From the human T2T-CHM13v2.0 reference genome, Homo sapiens, in NCBI RefSeq assembly GCF_009914755.1, contig NC_060940.1: a DNA stretch of 64,000 nucleotides. The stretch is one strand, 5' to 3'. Position numbers and translations under genes: made by a program. The notes under the pieces are model-generated. The model did no database searches, had not been told where the DNA came from, and saw nothing but the letters and a program-made list of their open reading frames with translations. Of this stretch, positions 49,870-64,000 are shown piece by piece; positions within the stretch are counted from its first letter, which is position 1; each line of letters begins with the position of its first letter.

Positions 49870-50950
49870 TTAATGACAGGGCCGACACAGAGCATGGACG
49901 TGGGAAGACCGAGGGAGGCCGAGGCGCTGGGAGCCCAGGCGCCAGGCACGCCAGCCTGAGACCTCGCGATGGCCCCACTGCAGAGGGAGGGAATGAGGAG
50001 CCGCCTCCCGAGAGATGTGGGGAACGGCCCAGGGTGACCCTGACATGGAGGCGGCGGGAATGCGGCCGCCCGGCCCGGCCCCCCCACCGCTTGGCTCCGG
50101 ACTTCTGCTCCCCCGGAGCCGCGACCCCCGTCCCGCTGCTGATACAGAGCCTGGGCATCCGCCCCTGCCCCGGCCCCCGGGGTCCCGGCTCCTTCCAGCA
50201 CTGCCAGGCTCCTCCAGGGCTGCGCTGGCAGCGCTGGTCCCCGGCCCCGGCCGATCCCTCTTCCCAGAATCCCCAGGCTCCCCTCCCCCGCCACCGACCC
50301 CCGCGCTTCCCAGAATCCTCGGCCCTCCGCGCCCCCCGCCCGCCCCCACCCCGGCCACAGCCCCGGGCGCGGGTGGGGGGCTCAGGCCCGGGCTCCCGGC
50401 CCCCGCCTCCCGGGCCCCATTGTTCCCCGGCGGCCGTCCCGGGCACTCCAGGCCACCCCCCGGGAACCCAGGCGTCCCCAACTCACGGCTCTGGGGTCTG
50501 GGAAAAGCCGGAAGGCGGAATCCAGCCCCAGGGGACTTAACCCCTTCAGTGCCCTGCCTCGGGGGACGGACTGGGCGCCGAGGACTCTGGGGTCCTTCTC
50601 AAGGGGTGATTCCAGGCTGAGGACCCGGGGACCAGTTCAGGGTGACTGGGACGGAGCAGGAAGTGACCCCAGCTTCCCGGGCCCCTCTAGCCTGGAGTCA
50701 GAGCATCAGCTCTATGGGATTTAACCCTTTGCCTCCCGCAGCCTGGGGAAAAAAGGGGACAGCGGTGGGAGCAGGGAGGAGGCTGGGACGACGCCCCTGT
50801 CCCCGTCTCCAGTGGGAGCAGGCAGCGTGGGCATCTGGGAGAGCCCCGATGCCCGCGAGGGTCCCTGGGCTTCTGGCCGCTCTTCATTTCGCAGGGGCTC
50901 CGCCGGCCGCGCCCGGAAAGCCCTATCTCAGATTTGGCGGCTGCTGATCC
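49870..50950 (-). promoter_or_regulatory. ZNF629: ZNF629 CpG-island promoter; non-coding exon 1 probably ends at 50487
   Basis: CpG-dense; donor GTGAGT (actcac at 50481-50486); ETS CAGGAAGTG near 50657. Confidence 0.8.
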
Positions 50951-51696
50951 CCTGAGGCCAGTCTTTGTTTGGACTAACCCTGGGATGGGGCTGGGGTGGG
51001 AGCAGGGGCTGGCAGAGCAGACCTGAGAGGGAACACCCTACGCACTAAACATGGCCTTAATGCTTGATGGAAGTCATGGCTGCAGGAGTTGGGACTGCAG
51101 GAACAAGCACAGCCGGGAAGGATTTGCAATAGCCTGTGTTCCAGCCCCTCTTCTCCAAACACCTCCCCTCAGAGGAGGAAACTGAGGCTCACGGTGGCAG
51201 GAAAGAAGCCAGTGGGGGTTCCCTGGCCAAGGAGGGAGAACCTCTTTTCTCATAGCTCAGAGGGCACCCGGCTCACAGCAGAAGAAACCTTTAAAAACCC
51301 AGGAACACTGGTGGCCTCTCAACGTCCAAGTTATCTATGCTCGCAATTTTTACAGCCTTTCTTTCTTGTCTTCCTTATCACAGTCCCATGGGATAAGGTT
51401 GCCCATCATCCCCATTTCACCGGGGAGGAAACCAAGGTGTGAGAAGCGACTGGTGTACTTAAGGCCACCTGATTCTTTCAGTTCAACACACTGTATTATT
51501 ATTCCTGGGCACTGTGGTTAACACTGGGGTGGGCATACCTCAGAGATGCATGGAAATTGGGCTTTCTACCCTTGGGAAGTTTGGTATTGTGTATGTGTTA
51601 CAAACACAGAGGAATCCTGGGAGCGTGCAGAGGGCTCTGTCCAGAGACTGAGAGGCTGGGGGGAAGAATAAACCAAAGGTCAGAAATTACTAAAGG

Positions 51697-56851
<5,155 letters not shown>

Positions 56852-57664
56852 AACCCTGCACCATCCTCACTGGCTGGTGTGGTCTTGGGCAACTCTTGGA
56901 GATTCAGCTTCCTCTTCCTTGGGAAGAAGATGAGCCTTGGTACCCAAGGGACAGAGGGGTAAATGAGATAATGTGTGTCCAAGCACTTGGGAAGAATGTG
57001 TTCCCTCTCCCAAAGGAGGTGACCAGCGGAGCCGGGTTGGCCTCACTCTTCCTTGTCTGAGCTCACAGCCCTTGGCCTGGTAGATAGGAGATAGAGGATT
57101 CTCAAAGCCATGTCCTGAGATGACACCGGGAGTGTTTAACCTGTGAGGACTCACCATCATAAGCTCCAACCTCTGGTGTCTGGCCAGGGATACTCTAGAG
57201 GGCAGGATGGTGATGCTGGAGGGACCCATGCTGTTCCACGCCTGAGGCACCCTCTCACATGAAGAGGGTCTCACCGCAGGCAGGGGAGGCTGCAGAGTCC
57301 ACCGTCAGGCCAGGTGGGCCTCCTTCCTGGAGACATGTGAGCCACAGGTGTGCTGGCGGCTGCTTTTCAGGACTGCAGTCCTTAAATGTGGGGCAAGAGC
57401 TGAGGCTGAGGAGCTAGCAGGCCCCTCCCACCTTGGGATTTCATGATCAGTCACTTACTGCCCAAAAACCTACCATGTCTCCCTAATGCTTCACACATCA
57501 GACCTCCTGCCCTACTGGTGCCTGCTAACAGCTGCATTTCCCAAGGCTCAGACCTGAGCCCTTCCCTTGTGTTCTCTTCCTGAAAAATCTCAATGTGGCC
57601 AATTCCAAAATCCCTAGATGTCCACTGCTCAGCCCATAGCCCTCTCCTCACTGCCATCCCCTTG

Positions 57665-62650
<4,986 letters not shown>

Positions 62651-62674
62651 TGCACTCACAGACTCACTACTCAC

Positions 62675-62982
<308 letters not shown>

Positions 62983-62986
62983 TCAC

Positions 62987-63282
62987 TTTTTTTTTTTTTT
63001 TTTTTTGAGACAGAGTCTTGCTCTGTTGCCCAGGTTGGAATGTAGTGGCGGGATCTCGGCTCACTGCAACCTCCGCCTCCTGGGCTCAAGTGATCCTTCT
63101 GCCTCAGCCTCCTGAGTAGCTGGGACTACAGGCACATGCACCCGGCTAATTTTTGTATTTTTAGTAGAGACAGGGTTTCACCATGTTACTCAGGCTGGTC
63201 TCGAACTCCTGACCGCCGGTGATCCACTTGCCTTGGCCTCCCAAAGTGCTGGGATTACAGGTGTGAGCCACTGTGCCCGGCC
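62987..63282 (-). mobile_element. AluS
   Basis: Reverse Alu consensus. Confidence 0.9.
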
Positions 63283-63329
63283 TGAAATACTATTTTTAAC
63301 CTAAGAGGTTATCAAATGTAAATAGTTTA

Positions 63330-63915
63330 ATTATCTACTATGTGGAGAAAGATGCACTCTCAAACATTAGTAAGATGTGCACTTCCTCTTTGAAGAAAGA
63401 TTTGGCTAGACTGATCAAAATTCAAAATGCCCATACCCTTTGATGCAGCAATTCCACTTCTAGATCCCACAGGCATGGTCACACATGCACATGAAGATGT
63501 ATTTACATACTACAATTTCCACTGAAATGTTTTTATAGCAAAAGACTGAAAATAACCTATGTCCACCATAGGAGAGTTGATTAAATAAATCATAGCATAT
63601 CCATATAATGGAATACTTGGCTTTGAAAATAAAAGCAGCTATGTAGAAACTGACATGAAACATTCTCCAAAATAGGTGCTGATGTGAAAAAATGCAAGGG
63701 GAAAAGCAAGCATTACTGTGTGCCATCCATTTTCTGCTTTCTAAAAGGAGATGCTTGCATATGCATGGACTAGCTCGGAAAGACACGACAAATTGGTAAT
63801 AGCTCAGCTCAGGAGAGGGAACGGGAAGGGGCTGGGCAGAAGCAGGAGGGAATCTTGCTTTTTTTATACATCTACCTTTTTATGCAGTTTGAATTTCTTT
63901 TAACCATGTGAATTC
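63330..63915 (+). mobile_element. Old L1M 3' fragment
   Basis: cataccctttgatgcagcaattccacttctag and atccatataatggaatac L1M motifs. Confidence 0.7.
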
Positions 63916-64000
63916 TTTCTCTTTCTCTTTCTTTCTCTCTCTCTCTTTTTTTTTTTTTTTTTTTTTGATGGAATCTCGCTCTGCTGCCCAGGCTGGAGTG

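Noticed and set aside
49625-50620. ORFs of 200-273 aa on both strands
   Set aside because: Low-complexity G/P/R/A frames expected in the ZNF629 CpG island.

Overview
Human genomic DNA, recognisable as the gene-dense, Alu-rich 16p11.2 segment SRCAP (last exon) > TMEM265 > PHKG2 >< CFAP119 (CCDC189/C16orf93) <> RNF40 >< ZNF629, followed by about 13 kb of intergenic DNA that is mostly Alu. I rebuilt every coding exon from GT-AG junctions. The joined lengths close in frame: TMEM265 108 aa, PHKG2 406 aa, CFAP119 331 aa, RNF40 1001 aa, ZNF629 869 aa, and the last 894 codons of SRCAP. I see no prokaryotic element, CRISPR array, tRNA or rRNA, and no clearly new biological system. The least-explained signals are: (1) a TSD-flanked chimeric L1-tail+AluY retro-insertion with a sister copy 12.7 kb away; (2) an eroded array of zinc-finger linker (EKPYK) codons in the ZNF629 3' UTR; (3) an orphan CpG island with a ZNF143/ACTACA promoter motif and ORF remnants just after the RNF40 polyA site; (4) a complex GGT/GCT/GT repeat in PHKG2 intron 2; (5) a splice-competent exon between SRCAP and TMEM265; (6) a PHKG2 alternative last exon nested antisense in CFAP119; (7) an Alu hairpin flanked by direct Alus that should be deletion-prone. 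Repeat boundaries are approximate and were read by eye.
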